DNA of 64,000 nt, taken from IMG/VR virus record IMGVR_UViG_3300005663_000028, positions 1 through 64,000 of that record; one strand, 5' to 3'. This stretch comes from a virus. The position numbers and the translations under genes were made by a program. Below, piece by piece: positions 17,769 to 27,291 of this stretch. The number at the start of each line of letters is the position of its first letter. Position 1 is the first letter of the stretch. The notes under the pieces were generated by a model. That model was not told the origin of the DNA. It saw only the letters and a program-made list of their open reading frames with translations, and did not search any database.

Positions 17769-18977
17769 ATGAAGATTCTAGCTCTTGAGGTAGAAAATAT
17801 TAAGTTTCTTAAAGTGGTAAGTATTAAACCAGATGGTTCTTTGGTTATCATTGGTGGGGATAACGCCGCAGGAAAGTCGTGTGTTTTGGACTCCATTTGG
17901 TATGCCCTGGGTGGGGGTAAGAGTGCTCCTCCTAAACCAATAAGGACGGGACAGAAGAAGGCTAAGATCGTCCTTGATCTTGGTGATATTAAAGTAACTC
18001 GCACCTTTACCAAAGCTGGTACGAACCTTGTCGTTGAGAATAAGAAGGGTGTTAAGTTTGGTTCTCCACAGGCAATGCTAGATAAGCTTGTGGGGGAACT
18101 TACTTTTGATCCACTCGAATTTTCCAAGATGGATGCTAAGAAGCAGGCCGAAGTACTTAAACAACTAGTGGGCTTAGATTTCAATAAGCTCGATGTTCAG
18201 TACAAGAAGTTGTTTGAGGAACGAACGGCAATTAATCGAAGAGGTAAGGAGGTTAGGGCGAATTTAGATGCTCTTACTTTACACGAGGGGATGCCAGACA
18301 AAGAAGTGTCAGTGGTCGAGTTGAGTAAACAGTACACCAAGGCTACTGAAGATAATAGGTTTTTTACTCTTGGGCAAACTGACATTGCAGGCGATATTGC
18401 AGAAATCGATAAGTTAAAAGAGCGACTTACTGAATTAAAGAAGAATGTCAAGGAGAGACAAAAGAATCTTGAGGGTAAGAAGTTGATTGATACAAAATTG
18501 CTCCAAGAGAAGATGAATGGTGCCGAGAGTACCAACACAAAGATTCGGGAAAACCAGAAGCATGTTGTCGTCAAAAAAGATATAGACAAGTTGCTGAAAC
18601 AGTCTGGGTCTCTCACAAGTCAGTTAAATGAGATAGAGGCCACCAAAGAGAAAACATTGGCCAAGGCAAAGTTTCCAATTGAAGGATTGGCCATTGATGA
18701 CGACGGGGTTACTTTCGAGGGTATTCCGTTTACTCAGTGCTCATCTGCTCAGCAGATTAAGATATCTGTTGCTATGGGTTTAGCAATGAATCCAAAGCTA
18801 AGGGTTCTGCTGATTCGCGAGGGTTCTCTATTGGACACAAAGAGTCTACAGATGGTTTCCGAGATGGCAGAAAAGGCTGATGCTCAGATTTGGCTTGAGC
18901 GGGTTTCTAAGGGCAGTGAATGTCAAGTGATCATGGAAGATGGGTCTGTGGTGGAGGAAGAAGATGATGACGACTAA
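17769..18977 (+). CDS. SMC/Rad50-like coiled-coil P-loop ATPase (AAA_23 type)
   Basis: GDNAAGKS Walker A, long coiled coil, CSSAQQ signature-like segment, LRVLLIREG Walker B region. Confidence 0.8.
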   Translation: MKILALEVENIKFLKVVSIKPDGSLVIIGGDNAAGKSCVLDSIWYALGGGKSAPPKPIRTGQKKAKIVLDLGDIKVTRTFTKAGTNLVVENKKGVKFGSPQAMLDKLVGELTFDPLEFSKMDAKKQAEVLKQLVGLDFNKLDVQYKKLFEERTAINRRGKEVRANLDALTLHEGMPDKEVSVVELSKQYTKATEDNRFFTLGQTDIAGDIAEIDKLKERLTELKKNVKERQKNLEGKKLIDTKLLQEKMNGAESTNTKIRENQKHVVVKKDIDKLLKQSGSLTSQLNEIEATKEKTLAKAKFPIEGLAIDDDGVTFEGIPFTQCSSAQQIKISVAMGLAMNPKLRVLLIREGSLLDTKSLQMVSEMAEKADAQIWLERVSKGSECQVIMEDGSVVEEEDDDD

Positions 18978-19737
18978 GGATGGGATGGAAGATTTGGGGA
19001 TGCTGCCGAATGGCTGTCACCTATATCGTCAACCGAATGGTGCTGGGGGTCAGACCTACTATAGCAATGAATGTGGTGTAATATCTATGGTTTGGGATAC
19101 CTGCATCGCTAATGAGTCCACCTTGCTTATGGCTATTCTTTTTGAAAAGCGCCGTAGGTGTGTAGAGTTTATGATTAAGAAGAAGGAGTTAACCCCAAAA
19201 GAAATGGGGCTGGCCGAATCCTTGGGGTGTGCTCATTTATTTGACGAAGGCAGTAAACTACCAAGGTCGACTCAAGAAATGCTCGATGATGACATCATCA
19301 AAGATATCACAAACGATATACCAGATAATGTTCTAGGAGATGATCATACCGATATTGTTGACGTCGCCTGTTCTGGTCAAATGCCCACACTATCAAATCG
19401 GGAACCTCCACCCTGTATGCTGAGAAACGATGGTATAGAGGGGTCGTTTTTATTGGATGATTACACTGAAAGTAATGCTGTTGATGATATTATAGAAGAC
19501 ATAAAAGGTCCACCAGATTTAGTATATGGTTCTGATGGTCCTCCTCGCCCATCTTTGTGGTGTATGCTTTTTCATCGCAGGAAATATTGGGACACATTAA
19601 AAACAAAATCTGTTCCCCATCCATCCCTAATATGGAGAAACATTGAGGAAACTGAACGTTATTGTCACAAGTGTGGTCGAGAATGGACGACAACGGCTAT
19701 AAGTAGACCATCACCGTGGGGTACGACCAAGGGTTGA
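18964..19737 (+). CDS. hypothetical protein
   Basis: ORF 18940..19737; C-terminal CHKC ribbon. Confidence 0.6.
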   Translation: MMTTKDGMEDLGMLPNGCHLYRQPNGAGGQTYYSNECGVISMVWDTCIANESTLLMAILFEKRRRCVEFMIKKKELTPKEMGLAESLGCAHLFDEGSKLPRSTQEMLDDDIIKDITNDIPDNVLGDDHTDIVDVACSGQMPTLSNREPPPCMLRNDGIEGSFLLDDYTESNAVDDIIEDIKGPPDLVYGSDGPPRPSLWCMLFHRRKYWDTLKTKSVPHPSLIWRNIEETERYCHKCGREWTTTAISRPSPWGTTKG

Positions 19738-19755
19738 TTTTGAGAAGATGATTAC

Positions 19756-20592
19756 ATGAAGCCAACATGGGTAATCCAAACAAATATGGAGGGTGTTGAC
19801 ACCAAATCTATGATAGCTGAAGTTGAGCGTCAGGGGATGGAAGTTGATCGAGTTGAATACGATTATGCAGCACCCCTTAGTTCTTTAGAGAAGTGGTTGA
19901 TCGCAGAAGGAGTTGTTCGTGACGAAGATGCGTCGGACGCTTGTGTTTTATGCTATGGTGACGTTGATTTTGTGAAAATGATCAAAAGGCGTGCATCGTT
20001 TATTCCCGGTACGTGGTGTAATTTTGAAAATATGAAATGCAGCACCTACTTTGCATATTTGGGCAGGCACTTACTGAACCGAGAATATGCCATGATGCCC
20101 CTGGGCGATCTAATGAGGAGATGGAACAATCTTACAGAGTATCCTCCCAATACATCACTATTCATTAGACCAGACAGTGGTGCTAAGCCATTTACTGGAT
20201 ACGTGGTAAAACCAGATAAACACCACAAAATCGAATCGTTGATTAAAACGATTGGTCCAGAAGTTTTAGTTGTTGTCTCCCCTGAAAAACAAATAGATGC
20301 TGAGTGGAGATTCGTCATATGTAACAAGAAGGTAATTACTGGATGTCGCTACTTACCAGATGAATCCGTTTACTTTCCCCAAACATCTTTCCGTCTTGCT
20401 CAAGAAATCGCTCAAAATGAATGGCAACCAGATATTTGCTACACCGTTGACATAGCAGAATCTGGAGGTGAAAAGTATTTACTGGAAATTAATAGTTTCA
20501 GTTGCGCCGGGTTGTATCTATGCGATATGGAGTCTATTATTCGACATGCCAGCAAAGCCGCTATTGATGAATGGAGAGAATATTTTGGATAA
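19756..20592 (+). CDS. ATP-grasp protein (DUF4343/R2K-like)
   Basis: FIRPDSGAKPFTG, EWRFVI, YTVDIA, LLEINSFSCAGLY. Confidence 0.8.
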   Translation: MKPTWVIQTNMEGVDTKSMIAEVERQGMEVDRVEYDYAAPLSSLEKWLIAEGVVRDEDASDACVLCYGDVDFVKMIKRRASFIPGTWCNFENMKCSTYFAYLGRHLLNREYAMMPLGDLMRRWNNLTEYPPNTSLFIRPDSGAKPFTGYVVKPDKHHKIESLIKTIGPEVLVVVSPEKQIDAEWRFVICNKKVITGCRYLPDESVYFPQTSFRLAQEIAQNEWQPDICYTVDIAESGGEKYLLEINSFSCAGLYLCDMESIIRHASKAAIDEWREYFG

Positions 20593-21130
20593 ATTTCCTG
20601 ATAAAAAATACAATGTAATATATGCTGACCCACCATGGAACGGATTGGGGTGGAATAATGGTAGTGGTGAAAAATGCCCCGCTAAGCACTATGAGGTTCA
20701 GGACATAGAGTGGATAAAATCACTTCCAGTGAATACTATTTCTGGTGATCCTTGTTTTTTGTTCTTGTGGGTAACATTCCCTAATTTACAACAGGGACTT
20801 GAAGTAATAGAATCTTGGGGTTTTAGGTATTCTACTTGCGCCTTTAACTGGGTAAAGCGAAACAAAAAAAGTGATAGCTATTTTATTGGTTGTGGAAATT
20901 ATACAAGGGCCAATTCTGAGCTTTGTTTGCTTGGTACCAAAGGTAAGTGTCAAAAGGCAAGGAAGAGTAGGAGTGTTAGGCAGATTTGTGATGCTCGCAT
21001 TTCTAAACATTCAGCTAAGCCCCCAGAAATTAGAGACAGAATCATACAGTTGTGTGGAGATATTCCCCGTATAGAACTGTTCGCTAGAGAAAAAACTACT
21101 GGTTGGGATGTTTGGGGCAATGAAGTCTAA
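20567..21130 (+). CDS. MT-A70 family N6-adenine methyltransferase
   Basis: YNVIYADPPW, LFLWVTFP, WGFRY, NSELCLLG, HSAKP, RIELFAR. Confidence 0.9.
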   Translation: MNGENILDKFPDKKYNVIYADPPWNGLGWNNGSGEKCPAKHYEVQDIEWIKSLPVNTISGDPCFLFLWVTFPNLQQGLEVIESWGFRYSTCAFNWVKRNKKSDSYFIGCGNYTRANSELCLLGTKGKCQKARKSRSVRQICDARISKHSAKPPEIRDRIIQLCGDIPRIELFAREKTTGWDVWGNEV

Positions 21131-21380
21131 AGAAATTTTCACCCTTGACCATGAATTCGATAGGTGGTGTGACCAACTCTTGGCTGAAAAGAAGATCGAT
21201 TCACTTGCCTATTTAAGAATAATGCATGGGTGTGGTCCTGTATGGGAGGCTTGTCGTCAGAAGTGTGCCGATCTTTGCATGCAAAACGACCAGAAAGGAA
21301 CAGCCATGCAGATAATGACGAATATAGATGGATCGATTGATGAATCATGGATGAAATCGCATGAGGATAGTAAGGAGTAA
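21120..21380 (+). CDS. hypothetical protein
   Basis: overlaps the MTase stop. Confidence 0.55.
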   Translation: MKSKEIFTLDHEFDRWCDQLLAEKKIDSLAYLRIMHGCGPVWEACRQKCADLCMQNDQKGTAMQIMTNIDGSIDESWMKSHEDSKE

Positions 21381-21384
21381 ATAG

Positions 21385-21831
21385 ATGTTTTGGAAAAAGA
21401 AATATGATTTCTATCTGGCTGGAAAAATGCGTGGCTGTCCTAATCTCAATAAGGATATGTTTACACTTGTTGCTAGATTATTGAGGGAAAAAGGATTTAC
21501 CGTGTGGTCTCCATCGGAACACGATAGTTATCTAAAGTTGTCATTTGCTCAATGTATGACGGCGGACCTCAATGCGATAATTAATAAGTGCAGGAAAATT
21601 GCCCTGCTTCCAAATTGGAGAGATTCACAAGGCGCTAATGTGGAAGCTTTGTGTGCTTTTGCGACAGGAAAAGAAAGTGTTGAAGTTGTTTTGAATACAG
21701 ATAATACTGATATAGAGTTGATGCCGTTTGACCTTAATGTCTACCATTATCCATATAGAGAAGGAAAGGTCAGTTCGTTCAATCCACATAAATGTGAGTT
21801 ACACAGTTTTACTGAGACACAAACTCAATAA
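21385..21831 (+). CDS. DUF4406 / nucleoside 2-deoxyribosyltransferase-like protein
   Basis: YLAGKMRG, G..VWSP, D.....C..IALLPNWRDSQGA.VE. Confidence 0.75.
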   Translation: MFWKKKYDFYLAGKMRGCPNLNKDMFTLVARLLREKGFTVWSPSEHDSYLKLSFAQCMTADLNAIINKCRKIALLPNWRDSQGANVEALCAFATGKESVEVVLNTDNTDIELMPFDLNVYHYPYREGKVSSFNPHKCELHSFTETQTQ

Positions 21832-21943
21832 TTGGGGTGATTAGTAATTCATGCAAATAGTGGAGACGTTGCTTGTTGCCGACTCCCACACATAAGATTG
21901 TCGACATGAGTATCCCGATGATGATCCAATGTTTCTTTTTCAT
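21809..21943 (-). CDS. small membrane or secreted peptide (44 aa)
   Basis: manual translation MKKKHWIIIGILMSTILCVGVG...; starts 2 bp after the stop of the upstream gene. Confidence 0.45.
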   Translation of the reverse strand: MKKKHWIIIGILMSTILCVGVGNKQRLHYLHELLITPIIEFVSQ

Positions 21944-21945
21944 GT

Positions 21946-22536
21946 TTAATCGCTTTCTCTGGAATCCCACACAACCTCAAGTGTTTTTGTGTTAACGATA
22001 TCGTCTGCAACAACTGTGTATCGTCCGAATCGTCTATTGCCTTTAATGACACCTGGATAACAATGGCTGACAAGTTCTGTACAACTAAATCGGAGCGTAT
22101 CATTGAATTCAAAAGCAAAGTCATAATCACTACCTATTGCAGCTTTCGCCCGTTTGATAGCCTCACCACTTCTCCATTTTTCGCTTCTTAGTACGATGAC
22201 GTGGTCGGTTTTCATAAAATCAATTAAATCATCCACAACTACTCCGTCGCTTATTGCGTGAATTACCATATGATCTTGTCCACCTATCTCTCCAACATAG
22301 ATTCCCCCATGATTAAACCATCCTGGAATTAAGGCTCGGTCTAGGTATCCCTCGAATCTCCTAATTAATATATCCCCAGGCTGGATCAATTTTTCTACGG
22401 CCCTATAGTGTTTTCCCTTTAGTTGAAAAGTCCTGGCGTTTACGGTTATCCAAAATGGTCGTAGCAATCCATGCCACCGAATATCCCCTATAAATCCGAA
22501 GACAGCTTTTTGTATCTTATATCTGAATCTCGTCAT
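21946..22536 (-). CDS. permuted papain-like NlpC/P60 protein (YiiX/YebB family)
   Basis: PGDILIRR, NHGGIYVG, YDF, FSCTELV (His before Cys, the permuted order). Confidence 0.8.
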   Translation of the reverse strand: MTRFRYKIQKAVFGFIGDIRWHGLLRPFWITVNARTFQLKGKHYRAVEKLIQPGDILIRRFEGYLDRALIPGWFNHGGIYVGEIGGQDHMVIHAISDGVVVDDLIDFMKTDHVIVLRSEKWRSGEAIKRAKAAIGSDYDFAFEFNDTLRFSCTELVSHCYPGVIKGNRRFGRYTVVADDIVNTKTLEVVWDSRESD

Positions 22537-22557
22537 TTGATTTTACCTTCTTTCTTA

Positions 22558-22998
22558 TTATCTTATACATCCTGAATAGTCGGTAGCCAGACCCTCCCAT
22601 TTATCGGGGTCCGTGTCTGCCCTGCGATGACAATCTTTACAGAGATACAGTAAAAGGAAGGGTTGGGTGTGATTTGGGTGATGACCCTCAATACGGTCTT
22701 CTGAACAACACACCTCACATTCTTCTAAGGGGGTAAGTTTGCCAGATTTTATAGCCCGACGAACAAGTGATCTGGCATGGTCTTTTTCTGGGAATTTTTC
22801 TTTATCTTTGCGGGTGTTTATTGCATTGGTAGTTGTCGGTTCACATCGCCGGTTTTCATTAGTTAAGGCCGAGGAGCATTTGCGAGAACAGGCATGTTGT
22901 TGGCCGAGTTTTATGGTTTCATTAATACGTTTTTGTGGTTTATCGAATGACTGTTTACACGAAGCGCATTTGACCCTATTTGTCATTTTCGACTTCAC
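22558..22998 (-). CDS. HNH-like endonuclease
   Basis: CEVC...EGHH...LYLCKDCH; N-terminal CxxC. Confidence 0.7.
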   Translation of the reverse strand: MKSKMTNRVKCASCKQSFDKPQKRINETIKLGQQHACSRKCSSALTNENRRCEPTTTNAINTRKDKEKFPEKDHARSLVRRAIKSGKLTPLEECEVCCSEDRIEGHHPNHTQPFLLLYLCKDCHRRADTDPDKWEGLATDYSGCIR

Positions 22999-23284
22999 CC
23001 CTTATCTCTTCGACACAATCAGCAGCAAGCCCCCATAAATCATTTTTTCTTTTTTGAATAATTTCGAGGTCGAAACTGCGTCGTATCTTTTGGAAACCTA
23101 GTTCCATATTAAGGGACAATAGCTCATTTTGTTCAGTAGTTGTTTTTGGCACAAACATGGTTACGAATAAGGTGTTTTGAAAATAGACATCTTTAAGTAT
23201 CCATCCCTCTGGAGTGTTAGCCCACAATAGATTTGTGAAAAGCTGTATAAGTTCTAACGATGACGAATTAGACACTTGCATCAC
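22976..23284 (-). CDS. hypothetical protein
   Basis: gene train. Confidence 0.55.
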   Translation of the reverse strand: MMQVSNSSSLELIQLFTNLLWANTPEGWILKDVYFQNTLFVTMFVPKTTTEQNELLSLNMELGFQKIRRSFDLEIIQKRKNDLWGLAADCVEEIRGEVENDK

Positions 23285-23657
23285 TATTTTCCCACTTGTC
23301 CAACCACTCGCTTGGGTGATTGTCGTAATGTTGTATTAAATATGTTAGATACATCAAACTGTCGCTAACGAAAGGGGTTAAGCTTTGTCCCAATGAGTGT
23401 ATTTCTACTAAAGTAAACCATCCCACACCCATTGTGGTATAATGATTCGGTCTTAATTCCCCTTGCCACTGGTCACAAATAGAAACTATGGTACGATATT
23501 GGCTTGTCTGCAAGTTACAAAGTTGCCTAAGCCGATTACCGCACACCCCTACATCTTTTCTTAACTTGCCTGGGAATGTCCATGTTCTGTCAGAAGTTTG
23601 TTGAACCAACAGAAACCGATCACTGTTGCGTAGTATTATCCAGGCCATTTCTATCAT
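23268..23657 (-). CDS. degenerate NUDIX-fold-like protein
   Basis: AWIILRNSDRFLLVQQ...WTFPG resembles a NUDIX N-terminus, but the Nudix box is absent. Confidence 0.4.
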   Translation of the reverse strand: MIEMAWIILRNSDRFLLVQQTSDRTWTFPGKLRKDVGVCGNRLRQLCNLQTSQYRTIVSICDQWQGELRPNHYTTMGVGWFTLVEIHSLGQSLTPFVSDSLMYLTYLIQHYDNHPSEWLDKWENSDASV

Positions 23658-23705
23658 CGGTACTCCCTTCTATATCAAGGGATTCCGATACTATTATACA
23701 CCAGT
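23657..23705 (-). promoter_or_regulatory. GTGTATAAT promoter followed by a GTATCGG...CCGAT hairpin (A-like)
   Basis: minus strand GGTGTATAATAGTATCGGAATCCCTT...AAGGGAGTACCGAT; no GAGCTTCGCAC tail. Confidence 0.5.
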
Positions 23706-23724
23706 CGCGGGTGTCACTCTAAGA

Positions 23725-24285
23725 TCATCTGTTATCGCCGTCACCCCGTAATGACCCATCACTTTTGCGTCTTGCTAATTTATCAAGATTTGCGGTGTAT
23801 ACTTCTTCTAGGGTAAAACCGAGTCTATCGGCGAGTTCTCCAATACTCGCTATGATTGTAGACAAATATGGTTTTAATGCTTGCCAATTACCGATTATTG
23901 CTTCTTCATAGTAAATGTTTTCGAGACACTCAGCAATAAGGTTTGCTTGACGGTTCATGAGTAATACTAAGCGAAAGTCGTTTAGTTTTTTAACTCGTTG
24001 AATTATAAAAACCCCTCTCATTTCATACATTGTTTTTAGGTCTATTTTTGTATCACAACAAATATTGGCTAGATACCAGCAGCAGTCTCCGAGTTCTTTC
24101 TTTATACCATTGGATCGTTCAGAGGTCATTGTCCCACCGTCATCTCGGAGAAGTTTCTTGTATTTTTCAGCTACCTCTCCACATTCACCAACAAGACCAA
24201 GTGCTGGGTATATAATTTGGCTACCCTCTATGTCCAGATAGATAGCTGTGCTTCTTGCTCTGTCTTGATATTCAGATAGGTCCAT
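23725..24285 (-). CDS. MazG-like nucleotide pyrophosphohydrolase
   Basis: YPALGLVGECGEVAEKYKK, KELGDCCWYL, NLDKLARR...GDNR. Confidence 0.85.
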   Translation of the reverse strand: MDLSEYQDRARSTAIYLDIEGSQIIYPALGLVGECGEVAEKYKKLLRDDGGTMTSERSNGIKKELGDCCWYLANICCDTKIDLKTMYEMRGVFIIQRVKKLNDFRLVLLMNRQANLIAECLENIYYEEAIIGNWQALKPYLSTIIASIGELADRLGFTLEEVYTANLDKLARRKSDGSLRGDGDNR

Positions 24286-24875
24286 TGTTCTTCTCCATTT
24301 TCTTCCGTTATATGACGCTGAACATGTTTCCATATTTTTCTAGTAGATATATATGAAATTGTAGATTGATCAACACCGAATATCGCGGCGATTTCTTTTT
24401 GGGACAACTTTCTTCCAGGATGACCATTTTTACCAGATTGCAGTAATTGTAAAACCAATTTTATTTTATCATCAGTTAATTTCGACATTCTATTTTTTTC
24501 GCCGCACGCATGTAGTCTGGAAAAGGTATTGTGTTGTATTGCATCTTGAGCATTTTCTGATTTTGTTCCCCATCGCAAATTGGTTAATTGATTATTTTGT
24601 CTATTGCGATCTTTGTGGCAACATTCCATTCCATCTAGACAATCACCCACGAATGATTCAAGCACCAATCTGTGAAGTTTGAGTGTTTTTTTATGTCCAT
24701 TTTTGCATAACGTTATTTGTAAATAACCGAAACGGTTTATTTGAGGTTTGAGAATTCTATCGGTGTTAGTTTTGGAACTATTTAGGATTCTTTTGATCCG
24801 TCCTAGATTAGATATACAATACACTCCCTCATAATTTTTGACATCTTTCCACAATTCAATCATCATTATTTCCAT
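24228..24875 (-). CDS. NUMOD4-HNH homing endonuclease with C-terminal HTH
   Basis: ELWKDV..YEG.Y.ISNLGRI (NUMOD4), HRLV..F, CCHKDRNRQNN..NLRWGT.SEN, QKEIAAIFGVDQSTIS. Confidence 0.9.
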   Translation of the reverse strand: MEIMMIELWKDVKNYEGVYCISNLGRIKRILNSSKTNTDRILKPQINRFGYLQITLCKNGHKKTLKLHRLVLESFVGDCLDGMECCHKDRNRQNNQLTNLRWGTKSENAQDAIQHNTFSRLHACGEKNRMSKLTDDKIKLVLQLLQSGKNGHPGRKLSQKEIAAIFGVDQSTISYISTRKIWKHVQRHITEENGEEQWTYLNIKTEQEAQLSIWT

Positions 24876-25572
24876 TCATTTCTTCTTCTGTGGTAATATT
24901 TTTTCCCAGTCTCATACCAGACTGCCACTTTACGTTTTGTGTATCTGTAGCATAATACTTATAAGGGTCTTCAAGACTTTCGAGAACCCAATCGGCCAAT
25001 CCTTGATCGACACTTTCTTCTGCGGTAAAGATGGTGTCATGAGAACACATGTCTTCGATTTTCTTCAGGGTGATGCGTTTTTTCATTGCTTTCATTCTGC
25101 TGCGGTAGATTTCATACATTTTTTTTCTCATTTTGGTCGCGTATTTAGCCCACGCCTCAACACTTTTGCACGTACCTGAAAGTCCCTCACAACCGTCATG
25201 AATCATAAATGTGCAATGTGGCGATACGATTCGAGAATCGCAAGCCTGGATAATGATTGATCCCATGCTCATTGCTGCGCCCCAGCAGATACCGTAGACA
25301 TGAGAGGTAGATGCTCTGATAGCGTCATACATCATCATTCCTGAATACCAGTCTCCCCCTAAGTTATTCATATGAACAATAATCGGCTTAGATGAAACAA
25401 GGTCACAGTGGATTATAGATTTAGTGAAAAATTCTGCCATTTGACAATCTGTACCAGATTCACCCTCTCCGCTTGCCATCTCTGCATCGTGAGAACCGAC
25501 ATAAACCAATCTTTTTGAGGGTAAATATGAATAATCAAACCATCTATCAACATCATCTTTGTTATACGGCAT
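24856..25572 (-). CDS. ClpP-like serine protease
   Basis: NNLGGD..GMMMYDAI, AMSMGS (catalytic Ser), FMIH (catalytic His), D..FTAEE. Confidence 0.85.
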   Translation of the reverse strand: MPYNKDDVDRWFDYSYLPSKRLVYVGSHDAEMASGEGESGTDCQMAEFFTKSIIHCDLVSSKPIIVHMNNLGGDWYSGMMMYDAIRASTSHVYGICWGAAMSMGSIIIQACDSRIVSPHCTFMIHDGCEGLSGTCKSVEAWAKYATKMRKKMYEIYRSRMKAMKKRITLKKIEDMCSHDTIFTAEESVDQGLADWVLESLEDPYKYYATDTQNVKWQSGMRLGKNITTEEEMNGNNDD

Positions 25573-25679
25573 TAAATATGTCTCCTAACTTGTCCATTGT
25601 CAGATATTTGATATAACCCTTTGTAATTTTTGATATTTTTCCAACATTCCATAACTACTTCATATCATCCTTTACATAA

Positions 25680-26030
25680 TTACTCATTTGATATCTCACT
25701 TTCTACAATGCGACGTAGTTTTTCAACAACCATATGAAAATAAGAGTAATAAAGATAAATATAATCCTGACGAGTCCATGCGAATCCGTCCATTATTGTT
25801 GGTTGGCTTTTGATCAAATCAGCCCATTGTGGTAGTTCTTTACACAAAGAAGTCTGAATTTTTACCTGATTAGTATATGTAGTTATGTCAAAAACAATCA
25901 CTTGCCCTTTAGTTCTTTTGATTCGCCCAAGAAGTCCCCCAGGACAATTTTTAGCTTTTATGGTAGACGCACATTGTCCAATTGATAATTGAGCACGCCA
26001 TTGAGATAGTAGTTCTTTTGTTTTAATCAT
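25680..26030 (-). CDS. hypothetical protein
   Basis: gene train. Confidence 0.55.
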   Translation of the reverse strand: MIKTKELLSQWRAQLSIGQCASTIKAKNCPGGLLGRIKRTKGQVIVFDITTYTNQVKIQTSLCKELPQWADLIKSQPTIMDGFAWTRQDYIYLYYSYFHMVVEKLRRIVESEISNE

Positions 26031-26385
26031 TGGATTCCTCAAATGGATTTTTTACAACATCACCCTTTTTGTACGTATGTCCCGTTTTATATAGAATACC
26101 TTCGACAGACAGGAGTGATGGATTGTCAATAAAGATTGCTACTCTAGAATCGCATTTTTCAAACAGGTCTATAATATGGTCCATCATTAGTAGAGCGATC
26201 TGTATTTTGGATTGTGGGTTGTTTGTTAAATTGGGATTGTGCCTAATAGCCATACAAACTGTATTTACCAAATCTAGAATTGTTTCAGTATCTAGGTTGG
26301 TAATTTGTTCGAATGTTTCTGGTTCAATCATCTGATTTATTATCTTCTTTGTCCAAGTTCTTAAAATGGGCTTTGGCCTCATCAA
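26023..26385 (-). CDS. hypothetical protein
   Basis: gene train; start uncertain. Confidence 0.55.
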   Translation of the reverse strand: MMRPKPILRTWTKKIINQMIEPETFEQITNLDTETILDLVNTVCMAIRHNPNLTNNPQSKIQIALLMMDHIIDLFEKCDSRVAIFIDNPSLLSVEGILYKTGHTYKKGDVVKNPFEESND

Positions 26386-27133
26386 CCCGACTCATAAGAT
26401 CATCTCTTTTATCTGCTACATCATTTGGGGTAAAACCACAAAAAGTAAGTTCCCAGAATATACTGGTGATGAAACAATATAGTGTAGGTTCGATTGTTAG
26501 CGTGAAGCCAGTGCGTTTGAAATCACGGTCCGGTTCTACATATGGGGGGAAGAATTCGATTTGGGGCGAGACACGAATAGGGAGGTGGGCAAGGTTGTTT
26601 AATGGAGAAAACTCTATTCCATATCCCGAGTCTTTTATGCAGCGATCATCATCTTCGCACACATGAGAGTCAATAAGGTTGTCTGAGTCAAATTCTGCGA
26701 CATGGCAGTGTGGGCCAATTCCATGGAATGACATAAGGTTGCGCATAGTAGCGACTTTGGGGTCATCCCAATAATCTTTGTCGTCAGGAAAACCTAGTCG
26801 TTTGCATGCCTTGCTCAGTTTTTTAGGGGTTGTTCTTTTTACCGTGAGGGTGTCGTAATCCAAGCTCCAGTAAAGCTGTAGATATTCAACGTCGTCTATA
26901 TCATCTGGGTCGCGATCTAATTGAATCTGGTCCCAGAATGCTTCGAATTCAGGCATACCAAAAGTTCGAGCTATACCGGGAACAATTAGTTCCATACGAT
27001 AAACTAGGAAGAATAGGTCGTATAGGGTAAAATCATCTGCAACTTTAGATACCTCCCATTGTAAATCTGATGGCATGAAGTCTTTGTAGTAATCTTTTGT
27101 TAGATGAATGCCGTCGCTCGTTTTATCACTCAT
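26324..27133 (-). CDS. hypothetical protein
   Basis: ORF 26324..27220; start at 27133 or 27190. Confidence 0.65.
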   Translation of the reverse strand: MSDKTSDGIHLTKDYYKDFMPSDLQWEVSKVADDFTLYDLFFLVYRMELIVPGIARTFGMPEFEAFWDQIQLDRDPDDIDDVEYLQLYWSLDYDTLTVKRTTPKKLSKACKRLGFPDDKDYWDDPKVATMRNLMSFHGIGPHCHVAEFDSDNLIDSHVCEDDDRCIKDSGYGIEFSPLNNLAHLPIRVSPQIEFFPPYVEPDRDFKRTGFTLTIEPTLYCFITSIFWELTFCGFTPNDVADKRDDLMSRVDEAKAHFKNLDKEDNKSDD

Positions 27134-27291
27134 AGAATTTACATCCCTCACAGTTGGGGCACTTGATTGTGCAATAAGGCTTTTGTTCATACGGAACAGA
27201 CATCCAGCCACACACACCACATACGCAACGCCAAAATGGTTTGCTTGTAGGGAAAGCTATTGATTGAAAAGGCTCCCATTCTAGGATTATT

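Noticed and set aside
17660-18616. Long antisense ORFs opposite the ATPase, and similar shadows opposite portal, MCP and ligase
   Set aside because: Shadow frames of strongly supported genes, with no SD or recognisable motifs
21809-21826. Sixth copy of the 20-bp element on the minus strand (GAGTTTGTGTCTCAGTAA)
   Set aside because: Only the TTTGTGTCTC core matches and it lies at convergent gene ends; could be chance
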